A DNA stretch of 64,000 bases from an uncultured Chloroflexia bacterium (GTDB lineage: Bacteria > Chloroflexota > Limnocylindria > Limnocylindrales > CSP1-4): positions 2,304,001 to 2,368,000 of the forward strand of contig OY970218.1 in the NCBI GenBank assembly GCA_963713975.1. Reading direction: 5' to 3'. Shown one piece after another: positions 20,364 to 28,899 of this stretch. A model generated the notes under the pieces. It saw only the letters and a list, made by a program, of their open reading frames with translations. It was not told where the DNA came from and did not search any database. Both the position numbers and the translations under genes were made by a program. How positions within the stretch are numbered: position 1 is the first letter of the stretch; each line of letters opens with the position of its first letter.

Positions 20364-20824
20364 GCGGGATCCTTTCGCTGGGCGAGATGCGCTGCGGCCC
20401 GGTCGAGCGCGGAGAGCGCGTCGTGGAGCAGGGCGAGGTCAGAGTCGGAGACGTGGGTGAGGAGCTCGCGCATCTGGCGTGCGTTGAGCTCGCGGAAGCG
20501 GTCGATGAACTCCCGCCCCGCCTGCGTCAGGCCGACCACGACCTGGCGACGGTCGGCGGTGTCCTCGCGGCGCGTGGCGAGGCCGTGGTCAACGATGCGG
20601 TCGACGAGGCCGCTGACGGTGGACAGCGAGACGCCCAGGCGCTGGACGAGCTCCGACATGTGGAGGTCACCCGCGGCCCCGAGCAGGTACAGGAGCTTGG
20701 CCTGGGGCATCGTGACGTCGATCTCCAGGAACTCGGGAGCATGACCGCCGGCCAGCCGCTGCATGAGCGACTCGAACCCGGCGATCACCCCGTCGATGGC
20801 GGTCGTGCGAGCGATGGTGGTGAT
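20360..20824 (-). CDS. MarR family regulator (start uncertain: ATC 20824, GTG 20788 or ATG 20764)
   Basis: VTMPQAKLL..STVSGLVDRIVDHGL..DRRQVVVGLT.AG; ATGA overlap with the RND gene. Confidence 0.85.
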   Translation of the reverse strand: MTTIARTTAIDGVIAGFESLMQRLAGGHAPEFLEIDVTMPQAKLLYLLGAAGDLHMSELVQRLGVSLSTVSGLVDRIVDHGLATRREDTADRRQVVVGLTQAGREFIDRFRELNARQMRELLTHVSDSDLALLHDALSALDRAAAHLAQRKDPA

Positions 20825-20850
20825 GGCAGCTATTCCTTCGGTTGAGGCAG

Positions 20851-20873
20851 ATGCTTCGGTAGCACCGAACCAT
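20851..20873. promoter_or_regulatory. Putative MarR operator
   Basis: ATGCTTCGGT-AGC-ACCGAACCAT (9/10 inverted repeat), between a minus-strand TATCGT -10 and the marR SD. Confidence 0.6.
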
Positions 20874-21024
20874 TCGGCCGGGACGATACAACGGATTGCC
20901 GGATCGGCCCCGCGCCGGAGGCTCGCGGAGTCGTGGTGCTGTCGACCGACCGCCTCGGGTAGCATCAGCCGCGAAGGGCCTCGAACCGTCCGTAGGGACG
21001 CGGGGAACTCGCAGGAGGACGACG

Positions 21025-21501
21025 ATGAACCTCGTGACGCGTTTCCGGCTGCAGCGCCGGCCCGGCCTCGTGCTCCTGGCCCTGGTTGCCACGCTGGTGC
21101 TCGGAGGCTGCGGATCGGCTGCCGCCACGCCGACGCCCACCTACGGGCCCGTCACGCTGGAAGGGACCGAGTGGGTGCTCCTGAACTACATGGACGCCAC
21201 CGGCGCGGTCTTCACCGTCCCGATGGCGGTCACGCCGACCGCGAAGTTCGCCGGCGGCCAGTTCTCCGGCTTCGCGGGCTGCAACACGTTCAGCGGCCCG
21301 TACACCCAGGACGGCGAAACCATCCACATCGGGCCGCTGGCGGGGACCAAGATGGCCTGCGACGAGCCGCTGACCGCGGTCGAGATCGCGTACGTCCGCG
21401 CGCTCGAGGTCGTCAACACCGCCCGTGCGGCGGGTGACTCCCTGCTCCTGAACGACAGCGACGGCAACAACGCGCTCGAGTTCCAGCGGGCCTCGAACTA
21501 G
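21025..21501 (+). CDS. META (HslJ-like) domain lipoprotein
   Basis: Lipobox LGGC; LEGTEWVL, SGFAGCNTFSGPY and TKMAC; GGAGGA SD. Confidence 0.88.
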   Translation: MNLVTRFRLQRRPGLVLLALVATLVLGGCGSAAATPTPTYGPVTLEGTEWVLLNYMDATGAVFTVPMAVTPTAKFAGGQFSGFAGCNTFSGPYTQDGETIHIGPLAGTKMACDEPLTAVEIAYVRALEVVNTARAAGDSLLLNDSDGNNALEFQRASN

Positions 21502-21584
21502 CGGCGGCCGAGTGTTCCGCCCGCCATCGACCGCGACTCCCCGCCGACGCCCCTGCTGACCGGCGACGCCCCGAGCATGCCCGC

Positions 21585-22856
21585 GTGAGCCAGGCCCATC
21601 GATCGGTGTCGGCCGCGGCCGCGCGCCGCTTCCTCGTCCGCCGCCACCTGCTGGCGCCCCCTCGCGCCCTGCCCGCCGAGCCCGCATCGGTGATGCGCGT
21701 CATGGACCGGCTGGGCTCGCTCCAGTTCGATCCCCTCGAGGTGGCGGGCCGCAACCACGACCTGGTCCTGCTGGCGCGCGTGGCCGGGTACCGGCGGAGC
21801 TGGACGGACGACCTGCTCTACCGCGACCGCGTGCTGTACGAGACGTACAACAAGATGCTCTCGATCGTGCCGACCGCCGAGCTCCCGTGGTACCGGATCA
21901 CCTGGGACCGGCGGCGCGAGGGCCACGATGGCGGGGCGTTCGACGAGCACGCGCCGCTGGTGGAGGAGCTCCTCGAGCGGATCCGGGCCAGCGGCCCCCT
22001 GTCCTCCACGGACGTGGAGCCTCGGGCGGCGATCGACTGGTACTGGCGGCCCACCAACCAGGTGCGTGCCCTGCTGGAGGCGCTCGGGGAGGCCGGCCTC
22101 CTGGGGATCGCCAGGCGCGAGGGCAACCGTCGTGTCTACGACCTCGTCGAGCGACTGTTCCCGGCGGACCTCCTGTCCCGGCGGCCTCCGGAGCGCGAGC
22201 AGCTGCGGCACAAGCTGCTGTCACGCTTCCGCGCCAACGGCCTGCTGGGCGCGACGGGGGAGTACACGCTCTGGGCCGGGACGGGCAAGGCCCCGGAACG
22301 CAGGTCCCTGCGCGAGGAGCTGGTCGACCTGGGGGAGATCGTCCCCGTCGACGTCGAGGGGCTCCGCGGGGTGCGGTTCATCCCCGGCGACGAGCTCGCC
22401 ATGCTGGATGCCGCTGAGGCAGAGGTCGGCATGGCTACACCGATGGAGGGGGCCGGCGTCGCGTTCCTCGCCCCGCTGGACCCGATGGCCTGGGACCGGG
22501 ACCTGCTGCTCCGCCTCTGGGGATTCGACTACCGCTGGGAGGTCTACGTCCCCGCCGCAAAGCGGCGATGGGGATACTACGTGCTGCCCCTGCTGTTCGG
22601 GGACCGGCTCGTGGGCCGGATCGAACCGCGGATCGACCGCAAGACCGGCACGCTGCGGGTCCTGGGCGTCTGGTGGGAGGACGGCTTCGACCCCATGTCC
22701 GACGCGAACCCGGAGTTCATCGGGGCCGTCGCCGAGGCGCTGCGGGCCCACATCGCCTTTGCCGGCCTGCGCAAGGCCGCCATGCCCAGGACGGTGCGGG
22801 ACCGGGCGTTCGCCGCGGCCGTCCGGGCCCACCTGGAGGAGCACGTGCCGACGTGA
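21585..22856 (+). CDS. ycaQ: YcaQ/AlkZ-family crosslink-repair DNA glycosylase
   Basis: LQFDP (QxD), RNHDLVL..R, FLAPLDP..WDR, FDYRWEVYVP..KRRWGYYVLP and VGRIE. Confidence 0.88.
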   Translation: MSQAHRSVSAAAARRFLVRRHLLAPPRALPAEPASVMRVMDRLGSLQFDPLEVAGRNHDLVLLARVAGYRRSWTDDLLYRDRVLYETYNKMLSIVPTAELPWYRITWDRRREGHDGGAFDEHAPLVEELLERIRASGPLSSTDVEPRAAIDWYWRPTNQVRALLEALGEAGLLGIARREGNRRVYDLVERLFPADLLSRRPPEREQLRHKLLSRFRANGLLGATGEYTLWAGTGKAPERRSLREELVDLGEIVPVDVEGLRGVRFIPGDELAMLDAAEAEVGMATPMEGAGVAFLAPLDPMAWDRDLLLRLWGFDYRWEVYVPAAKRRWGYYVLPLLFGDRLVGRIEPRIDRKTGTLRVLGVWWEDGFDPMSDANPEFIGAVAEALRAHIAFAGLRKAAMPRTVRDRAFAAAVRAHLEEHVPT

Positions 22857-23341
22857 ATGCCGACGCCTTTCGCCAGTACTACGACTACCACTTCAGCGAG
22901 AACCGCACGATCTGGGACTCGTACGTCATGAAGATCTCGGACGAGCAGTTCACGCGGGAGTCCGGCTACTCCGCCGGATCGGTCCGCGACCAGGTCGTGC
23001 ACCTCGCGTCCGTCGACGACGCGTGGTTCGGCGACCTTCGAGGCGCGCGGCCGCCGGACTCGCCCGATCCCGCCACGCTCGCGGACCGGGACGGCATCCG
23101 CGCGTACTGGGATGCCGTCGAGCAGCGCATGCGCGAGTACCTGGCGGGACTGCGCGACGACATGCTGCTCGAGAAGCCGTTCACGGAGGGCGAGGACAAG
23201 GACCTCATCCTGTGGCAGGTACTCCTCCACGTCGCCAACCACGGCACCGATCACCGGGCCCAGCTGCTCAGGCTCCTGCACGACCTTGGCGTCGAGACCG
23301 TGTCCCAGGACTACATCTTCTACGCGTACGACCACCCGTAG
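22853..23341 (+). CDS. DinB family protein
   Basis: Y..YH..EN, SVRDQVVHL...D..W and LLHVANHGTDHRAQ; GTGA overlap. Confidence 0.88.
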   Translation: MNADAFRQYYDYHFSENRTIWDSYVMKISDEQFTRESGYSAGSVRDQVVHLASVDDAWFGDLRGARPPDSPDPATLADRDGIRAYWDAVEQRMREYLAGLRDDMLLEKPFTEGEDKDLILWQVLLHVANHGTDHRAQLLRLLHDLGVETVSQDYIFYAYDHP

Positions 23342-23391
23342 GACCATCGCACCCGTCGCGCGCGGCCGCATGGCGCCGCCACGCCGGGACG

Positions 23392-24657
23392 TCAGCCTCC
23401 GGTCGTCCGCCCGATCATGCCCGCGCCGACGGTCTTGTTCGACGCCTCGTCCACCAGGATGAACGACCCTGTCTGCCGGTTCTGCTGGTACGGGTCGACG
23501 AACAGGGGCTGCGTCACCCGCAGCTGCACGCGGCCGATCTCGTTGAGGACCAGCTCCGTGGCCTGCTCGTCGCGGTGCAGCGTGTTGACATCGATCCGGT
23601 AGCTGAGCTCCCTGACCAACGCCTTGGCCCAGCGGGTCGTGTGCTTGATCGCATACTTGCGCCCCGGCATCAGCGTCGCGCTCTCGTCCATCCAGCACAC
23701 CTGGGCATCGACGTCCTGCACCACGGACGGCATGTTGTGCGGCCGGCAGAGCATGTCGCCCCGTGAGATGTCGAGCTCGTCGGCCAGGGTGATCGTGACC
23801 GCCATCGGCGGGTAGGCCTCCTCGACCTCGCCGTCGGCGGTCTGGATCGAGGCGATCGTGGACTCGAGGCCGCTGGGCAGGGCGACGACCCTGTCGCCCG
23901 GCTTGAGCACGCCGGAGGCAACGGTCCCCGCGTACCCGCGATAGTCGATGACGTCGTAGGACTGCGGCCGGACCACGTACTGGACGGGGAACCGGACGTC
24001 CACGAAGTTGCGGTCCGACGCGACGTGCAGCCGCTCGAGATGCGAGAGGAGCGGTGACCCGTCGAACCACGGCATCCGCTTCGAGCGTGTCACCACGTTG
24101 TCGCCCTGGAGCGCGGACACCGGGATGAAGGTCAGGTCGCGGACGCGGAGACGGGTTGCGAACTCGCCGAACTCGTCGCGGATGGCCTCGAACACGGACT
24201 CGTCGAAGTCCACGAGGTCCATCTTGTTGACGCACACGACAACGTGCGGCACGCCCAGCAGCGTGGCCAGGAAGGCGTGCCGACGGCTCTGCTCGGTGAT
24301 CCCCTTGCGGGCGTCGAGCAGGATCAGTGCGACGTCTGCCGTGGAGGCGCCCGTGACCATGTTGCGCGTGTACTGCGTGTGGCCGGGCGTGTCCGCGATG
24401 ATGAACTTGCGGCGCGGCGTGGCGAAGTAGCGGTAGGCGACGTCGATCGTGATGCCCTGCTCGCGCTCGGCCCGCAGCCCGTCGGTCAGGAGGGCGAGGT
24501 CCGTGAAGTCGTTGCCGCGATCACGGCTCACCCGCTCGACGGCCTCCAGCTGGTCCGAGAAGAGCGCCTTGCTGTCGTACAGCAGGCGGCCGATAAGCGT
24601 GCTCTTGCCGTCGTCGACGGATCCGGCTGTCGCCAGCCGGAGGAGGTCCATCGGCAT
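23392..24657 (-). CDS. cysN: Sulfate adenylyltransferase subunit 1 (GTPase)
   Basis: AGSVDDGKSTLIGRLL, EREQGITIDVAYRYF, DTPGH and NKMD; no fused CysC domain. Confidence 0.96.
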   Translation of the reverse strand: MPMDLLRLATAGSVDDGKSTLIGRLLYDSKALFSDQLEAVERVSRDRGNDFTDLALLTDGLRAEREQGITIDVAYRYFATPRRKFIIADTPGHTQYTRNMVTGASTADVALILLDARKGITEQSRRHAFLATLLGVPHVVVCVNKMDLVDFDESVFEAIRDEFGEFATRLRVRDLTFIPVSALQGDNVVTRSKRMPWFDGSPLLSHLERLHVASDRNFVDVRFPVQYVVRPQSYDVIDYRGYAGTVASGVLKPGDRVVALPSGLESTIASIQTADGEVEEAYPPMAVTITLADELDISRGDMLCRPHNMPSVVQDVDAQVCWMDESATLMPGRKYAIKHTTRWAKALVRELSYRIDVNTLHRDEQATELVLNEIGRVQLRVTQPLFVDPYQQNRQTGSFILVDEASNKTVGAGMIGRTTGG

Positions 24658-25559
24658 CAGAAGTAGCCTTCCCGCTTGCGGTCTTCCATCGAGGTCTCGC
24701 TGGTCTTGTCATCGCCACGCGTGGCACCACGCTCCGTGATCCGGACGGCGGCGATCTCGGCGACGATCTGGGCCACCGTGTCGGCGTCCGACTCCACCGC
24801 GGCGGTGAGGTTGGCATCGCCGACGGTGCGGTAGCGGACCCGCGCCACCCTGGCGACGTCGCCGTCGCGGACGGGCGTGAACTGGTTCACGGCATAGAGC
24901 ATGCCGTCGCGCTCCACGACCTCGCGTTCCCGGGCCAGGTAGAGCTCCGGGATCTCGATCTCCTCGGCCTGGATGTACGTCCAGACATCGAGCTCCGTCC
25001 AGTTGGACAGCGGGAAGACCCTGATGCTCTGGCCCTGGTGGACCCGGCCGTTGTAGAGGCTCCAGATCTCGGGTCGCTGGTTCTTGGGGTCCCACTGGCC
25101 GAACTCGTCACGGAACGAGAACACGCGCTCCTTGGCCCGGGCCTTCTCCTCGTCGCGCCGGGCCCCGCCGAACAGCGCGTCGAAGCGGTGGCGCTCCGCC
25201 GCCTCCAGGAGCACCGGCGTCTGGATCCGGTTCCGCGAGCCGTTCGGCTCCTCCTGCACGAGGCCGCGCTCGATGGCGTCCGGGACGGAGGCCACCACCA
25301 GCGTGAGGCCCAGCTTTTCGATCCAGCGGTCCCGGTAGGCAAGGATCTCGGGGAAGTTGAGGCCCGTGTCGACATGCATCACCGGGAACGGGATGCGTGC
25401 CGGCGCGAACGCCTTGCGGGCGATGTGCAGCATCACGATCGAGTCCTTGCCGCCCGAGAACAGGAGGCACGGGCGCTGCATCTCGGCCGCGACCTCGCGG
25501 AAGATGTGAGTGCTCTCGGCTTCCAGGGCGCGGAGCTGGCTCAGGACGTGGGTGATCAT
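24657..25559 (-). CDS. cysD: Sulfate adenylyltransferase subunit 2
   Basis: FSGGKDS, GGARRDEEKARAKER, WDPKNQRPE and SMEDRKREGYF. Confidence 0.96.
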   Translation of the reverse strand: MITHVLSQLRALEAESTHIFREVAAEMQRPCLLFSGGKDSIVMLHIARKAFAPARIPFPVMHVDTGLNFPEILAYRDRWIEKLGLTLVVASVPDAIERGLVQEEPNGSRNRIQTPVLLEAAERHRFDALFGGARRDEEKARAKERVFSFRDEFGQWDPKNQRPEIWSLYNGRVHQGQSIRVFPLSNWTELDVWTYIQAEEIEIPELYLAREREVVERDGMLYAVNQFTPVRDGDVARVARVRYRTVGDANLTAAVESDADTVAQIVAEIAAVRITERGATRGDDKTSETSMEDRKREGYF

Positions 25560-26422
25560 GGGCGTGCTCCTGGCTCCTCGTCCGAGCCCGACTCCGCCAG
25601 CAGGCGGCGCAGGTGGGCGAGGAGCGCGGGGTGGCAGACCACGAGGTCGGGAGACCAGGGGTCCGGCTGGTTGTAGAGCAGGGGGGACCCGTCGAGCCGG
25701 GTCGCGACGAGCCCCGCCGCATGGGCGACGGCGACCGGCGCCGCCGAGTCCCACTCGAACTGGCCCCCGGCGTGCACGTAGGCGTCGGCCGTCCCGTCCA
25801 CGACGGCCATGACCTTCACGCCGCAGGAGCCCATCTGGACCAGGTCCACATCGTCACGCGCCGCAAGCCGCTGCACGACCGCCGGTGGTCGGGTCCGGCT
25901 GGCGGCGATCCGCAGGGGACGGAGACCGGCGAGGACCTCCTCGGGACCGGTGCCCGGGGTTGGGGCCACGCTGGCGGTGTCGAACGCCTGGTCCCGCGCC
26001 GGGAGCGCCACGGCGCCGGCGACGAGGCCCCGGCCGGCCTCCCACAGGGCGACGTGAACGGCGAAGTCCGAGCGCCGCGTTCCGTCCGGGACCATCTCGG
26101 CAAACTCGCGGGTGCCGTCGAGCGGGTCGATGATCCAGACGCGGGCCGCGGTCAGCCGGCGCTGGTCCTGCTCTGCCTCCTCGGACAGGATGACGTCATC
26201 GGGTCGTGCGTCCGCGAGGGCTGCAGCCAGCCATGCCTGTGCGGCGGCATCGCCCGCGTCGCCGAGCGGCTTCCCGGCGGCAGGCACGTCCCCGGCGCTG
26301 GCGCGCTCGCGAAGGCTCATCAGCACGCGGCCGGCCCCGGTGGCGAGGATCGCGGCCAGCCGGGAGTCGTCGATGGGGTCCGGGTTCGGTGCGATCGAGT
26401 CGTCCACGCGCTCGCTGGTCAC
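25556..26422 (-). CDS. cysQ: 3'(2'),5'-bisphosphate nucleotidase (PAP phosphatase)
   Basis: ILSEE, WIIDPLDGTREF, SRTR, MGSCGVK and EWDSAAP; start approximate. Confidence 0.9.
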   Translation of the reverse strand: MTSERVDDSIAPNPDPIDDSRLAAILATGAGRVLMSLRERASAGDVPAAGKPLGDAGDAAAQAWLAAALADARPDDVILSEEAEQDQRRLTAARVWIIDPLDGTREFAEMVPDGTRRSDFAVHVALWEAGRGLVAGAVALPARDQAFDTASVAPTPGTGPEEVLAGLRPLRIAASRTRPPAVVQRLAARDDVDLVQMGSCGVKVMAVVDGTADAYVHAGGQFEWDSAAPVAVAHAAGLVATRLDGSPLLYNQPDPWSPDLVVCHPALLAHLRRLLAESGSDEEPGARP

Positions 26423-26530
26423 CAAGGCCTGCCTGCCATCATCCGTCGCTTCGTGCTCCCGCGTCGTGCTACAACACCGCGGCGGGGCCCGGATGGGGCC
26501 GCGCGGCCGGACCGAAGTTATCATCCACGC

Positions 26531-26578
26531 ATGCCTTGCACCGTCCGGACCCGGCCGCGCGCGCACGCGACCCGATGA
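26531..26578 (+). CDS. Putative leaderless uORF MPCTVRTRPRAHATR coupled to tauE
   Basis: TATCAT (26519-26524), 6 nt, then ATG; its stop overlaps the tauE ATG (ATGA). tauE has no SD. Confidence 0.45.
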   Translation: MPCTVRTRPRAHATR

Positions 26579-27579
26579 TCTTCGACCTGCCGCTGGCGAT
26601 CGGCGGGCTCGTGGTGGGCATCGTGGTGGGTCTCACCGGCATGGGCGGTGGGGCGCTGATGACCCCGATGCTCGTGTTCGTGTTCGGGGTCAACCCGCTG
26701 ACGGCGATCTCGAGCGACATCGTCGTGAGCCTCCTCATGAAGCCCGTCGGTGCGGCGGTCCACCTCCGTCGTGGGACCGTGAACAAGGACCTTGTGAAGT
26801 GGCTCTGCGTGGGCTCGGTGCCCATGGCGTTCGCCGGCGCCTGGCTCATCTCCCAGATGCCCATGGAGCAGGTGGACGAGATCCTCAAGCGGGTCCTGGG
26901 GATCGCGCTCCTCACGTCCACCTTCGGGTTGTTCGTCCGCGCGTCCCTGCAGATGTGGCGCAACCGCCTGCCGCTCGGTGAGGGTCCCGCCCCCATGACG
27001 CGGCCGGCGCCCGTGGTGGTCCGGCCGATCCGGACGATCATCCTCGGGGCCGTGGCGGGGCTCATGGTCGGCCTGACCTCGGTTGGCGCGGGGTCGATCG
27101 TCGTGGTGACGCTCCTGCTCATGTACCCGCGCCTCAAGGCGTCCTCGCTGGTGGGCACCGATCTCGCCCAGGCGATCCCGCTCGTGGCCGCGGCAGCCGC
27201 CGGCCACCTGTTGTTCGGCGACTTCTCGGTCGTCCTGGCCGTGCCGCTGCTGGTGGGGGCGATCCCGGGGGCGTGGATCGGGGCCCAGATCTCCAGCCGT
27301 GCGCCGGGCGGCGTGATCCGGCGCATCCTGGCGGTGATCCTGCTCGCGACCGGTTTGAAGTTGCTCGGTGTGCCCGACATGCTCGTGATCCTCGCCGCAG
27401 CCGCCGCGGTCGCCTTCGCGTTCGTGGCGTGGGGCCTCATCAGGAACCGGGTCGCCAGCCCCGCGGCGCGCACCCGCGGCCGTGCCGGGGAGCCGGTGGC
27501 GCCGGGTGGTCAGGGCGGCACACCCCGCCCGGCCGTCGCCGACGACACGGGCCCCGAGCCCGAGGGCCTGGGCCGGTGA
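26575..27579 (+). CDS. TauE/SafE family sulfite exporter-like membrane protein
   Basis: GLTGMGGGALMTP, GLTSVGAGS, LVGTDLAQA and GAIPGAWIGA. Confidence 0.9.
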   Translation: MIFDLPLAIGGLVVGIVVGLTGMGGGALMTPMLVFVFGVNPLTAISSDIVVSLLMKPVGAAVHLRRGTVNKDLVKWLCVGSVPMAFAGAWLISQMPMEQVDEILKRVLGIALLTSTFGLFVRASLQMWRNRLPLGEGPAPMTRPAPVVVRPIRTIILGAVAGLMVGLTSVGAGSIVVVTLLLMYPRLKASSLVGTDLAQAIPLVAAAAAGHLLFGDFSVVLAVPLLVGAIPGAWIGAQISSRAPGGVIRRILAVILLATGLKLLGVPDMLVILAAAAAVAFAFVAWGLIRNRVASPAARTRGRAGEPVAPGGQGGTPRPAVADDTGPEPEGLGR

Positions 27580-28862
27580 CCGGGGCCGACGGGACCGGCC
27601 GGCCGGCGGAGATCGCCGGACTGCCGCGACGGGTGCTCGACGGGGATGGACTGGACCGCCTCGAGCTCGTGCTCGGCGGCTGGCTCCCCGCGTCCGCGCT
27701 CCCCGTCTCTGCGCTCCCGTCGGCCGGCGACGGGGAGGTCGTCCTCACGGATGCCGAGAACACCCCACTGGCCGTCGTGGCGGCCGGGCCCGGGATCCAC
27801 GACCTGCCGGCGGTCCGGGCGCTCGCGCCGCTCGCCCGCGGCTCGGGGCCACACTGGGACCCGGCCGTGCGCCTCGATGCCGCCGCCGTCCGCGCGCGCC
27901 TCGGCGATCCAGCATGGGACGCGACCGCGATCGTCGTGGACACGGTGCCCACCCAGACGATGGTGGAGACGGCGGCCATGCTCGGGCGGACATACCCCGT
28001 GGTGGTGGTCGTCGCACCCGGACGCACGCCGCGACCCGCGGGCGAGGTCGGCTGGGCCGGGCTCACCCGCGCCGCCTGGGCGATGGCCGACCGGCTGGAG
28101 GCGGCGGCACCGGGCCGCTCCGTCGTGCGCCTCGTGGTCCCGTGGCCTGAGGGCCGGCATCCGGAGCTCGAGCGGGCCGGCATCGGGGCCTGGGTCACGC
28201 TCTCGGAGCTGGGTTCCGAGGAGGACGCGGCACGCGTCGCCGCGCTGGACGCGCACGTCGAGCAGGAGCTGGCAGCCGTCTACCCGCCCGTTTCGGCCCG
28301 CGAGGTCCTGCGCGCGCGCCGGGCGGCGACCCACGCGGGCGCTGTCGTCCTGTTCACCGGCTTCTCCGGGTCCGGCAAGTCCACGATCGCCCGCGCCCTC
28401 GCCGACGCCCTCGAGGACGACGGACGCCGGGTCACGCTGCTCGACGGGGACGAGGTCCGCCAGCACCTCTCGGCGGAGCTGGGCTTCGATGCGGCGTCCC
28501 GGGAGCGCAACGTGGAACGCATCGGGTGGGTGGCGTCCCAGGTCGCGGCCCACGGAGGCATCGCGGTGGCGGCACCGATTGCGCCATTCGCGTCGTCACG
28601 GGCCCGGGTCCGCGCGATGGCCGAGGCGGACGGAGCCTTCGTCCTCGTCTGGGTGAGCACGCCCCTCGAGGTCTGCGAGGCCCGCGACCGGAAGGGGCTG
28701 TACGCCCGCGCCCGCGCTGGCGACGTCCCGGAGTTCACGGGGATCTCGTCGCCTTACGAGGCACCGCAGGACGCCGACCTGGAGGTCGACACCACGACGA
28801 CGGACGTCGGCGACGCCGTGGCCGCGATCCGATCCCTGCTGGAGACACGCCTGGACGCGTGA
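27576..28862 (+). CDS. cysC: Adenylyl-sulfate kinase with a degenerate N-terminal Sat-like region
   Basis: C-terminus has FTGFSGSGKST, LLDGDEVR, APIAPF, CEARDRKGLY and FTGISSPYE. N-terminus has DRLELVLGG and LTDAENTPLA, resembling Sat. Confidence 0.9.
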   Translation: MTGADGTGRPAEIAGLPRRVLDGDGLDRLELVLGGWLPASALPVSALPSAGDGEVVLTDAENTPLAVVAAGPGIHDLPAVRALAPLARGSGPHWDPAVRLDAAAVRARLGDPAWDATAIVVDTVPTQTMVETAAMLGRTYPVVVVVAPGRTPRPAGEVGWAGLTRAAWAMADRLEAAAPGRSVVRLVVPWPEGRHPELERAGIGAWVTLSELGSEEDAARVAALDAHVEQELAAVYPPVSAREVLRARRAATHAGAVVLFTGFSGSGKSTIARALADALEDDGRRVTLLDGDEVRQHLSAELGFDAASRERNVERIGWVASQVAAHGGIAVAAPIAPFASSRARVRAMAEADGAFVLVWVSTPLEVCEARDRKGLYARARAGDVPEFTGISSPYEAPQDADLEVDTTTTDVGDAVAAIRSLLETRLDA

Positions 28863-28899
28863 GTGATCGCGGCGGCCTGCCCGTCGCAGGTTCGGCGTG

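Noticed and set aside
20667-20872. Cys/His-rich ORF MVRCYRSICLNRRNSCHHHH.. upstream of and overlapping marR
   Set aside because: Runs out of frame deep into marR; its composition is explained by the operator sequence and a shifted reading frame.
26419-26442. uORF MMAGRPW overlapping the cysQ start (also MPA before ycaQ at 21577-21588)
   Set aside because: No properly spaced -10 element or SD; RTGA overlaps arise easily by chance.
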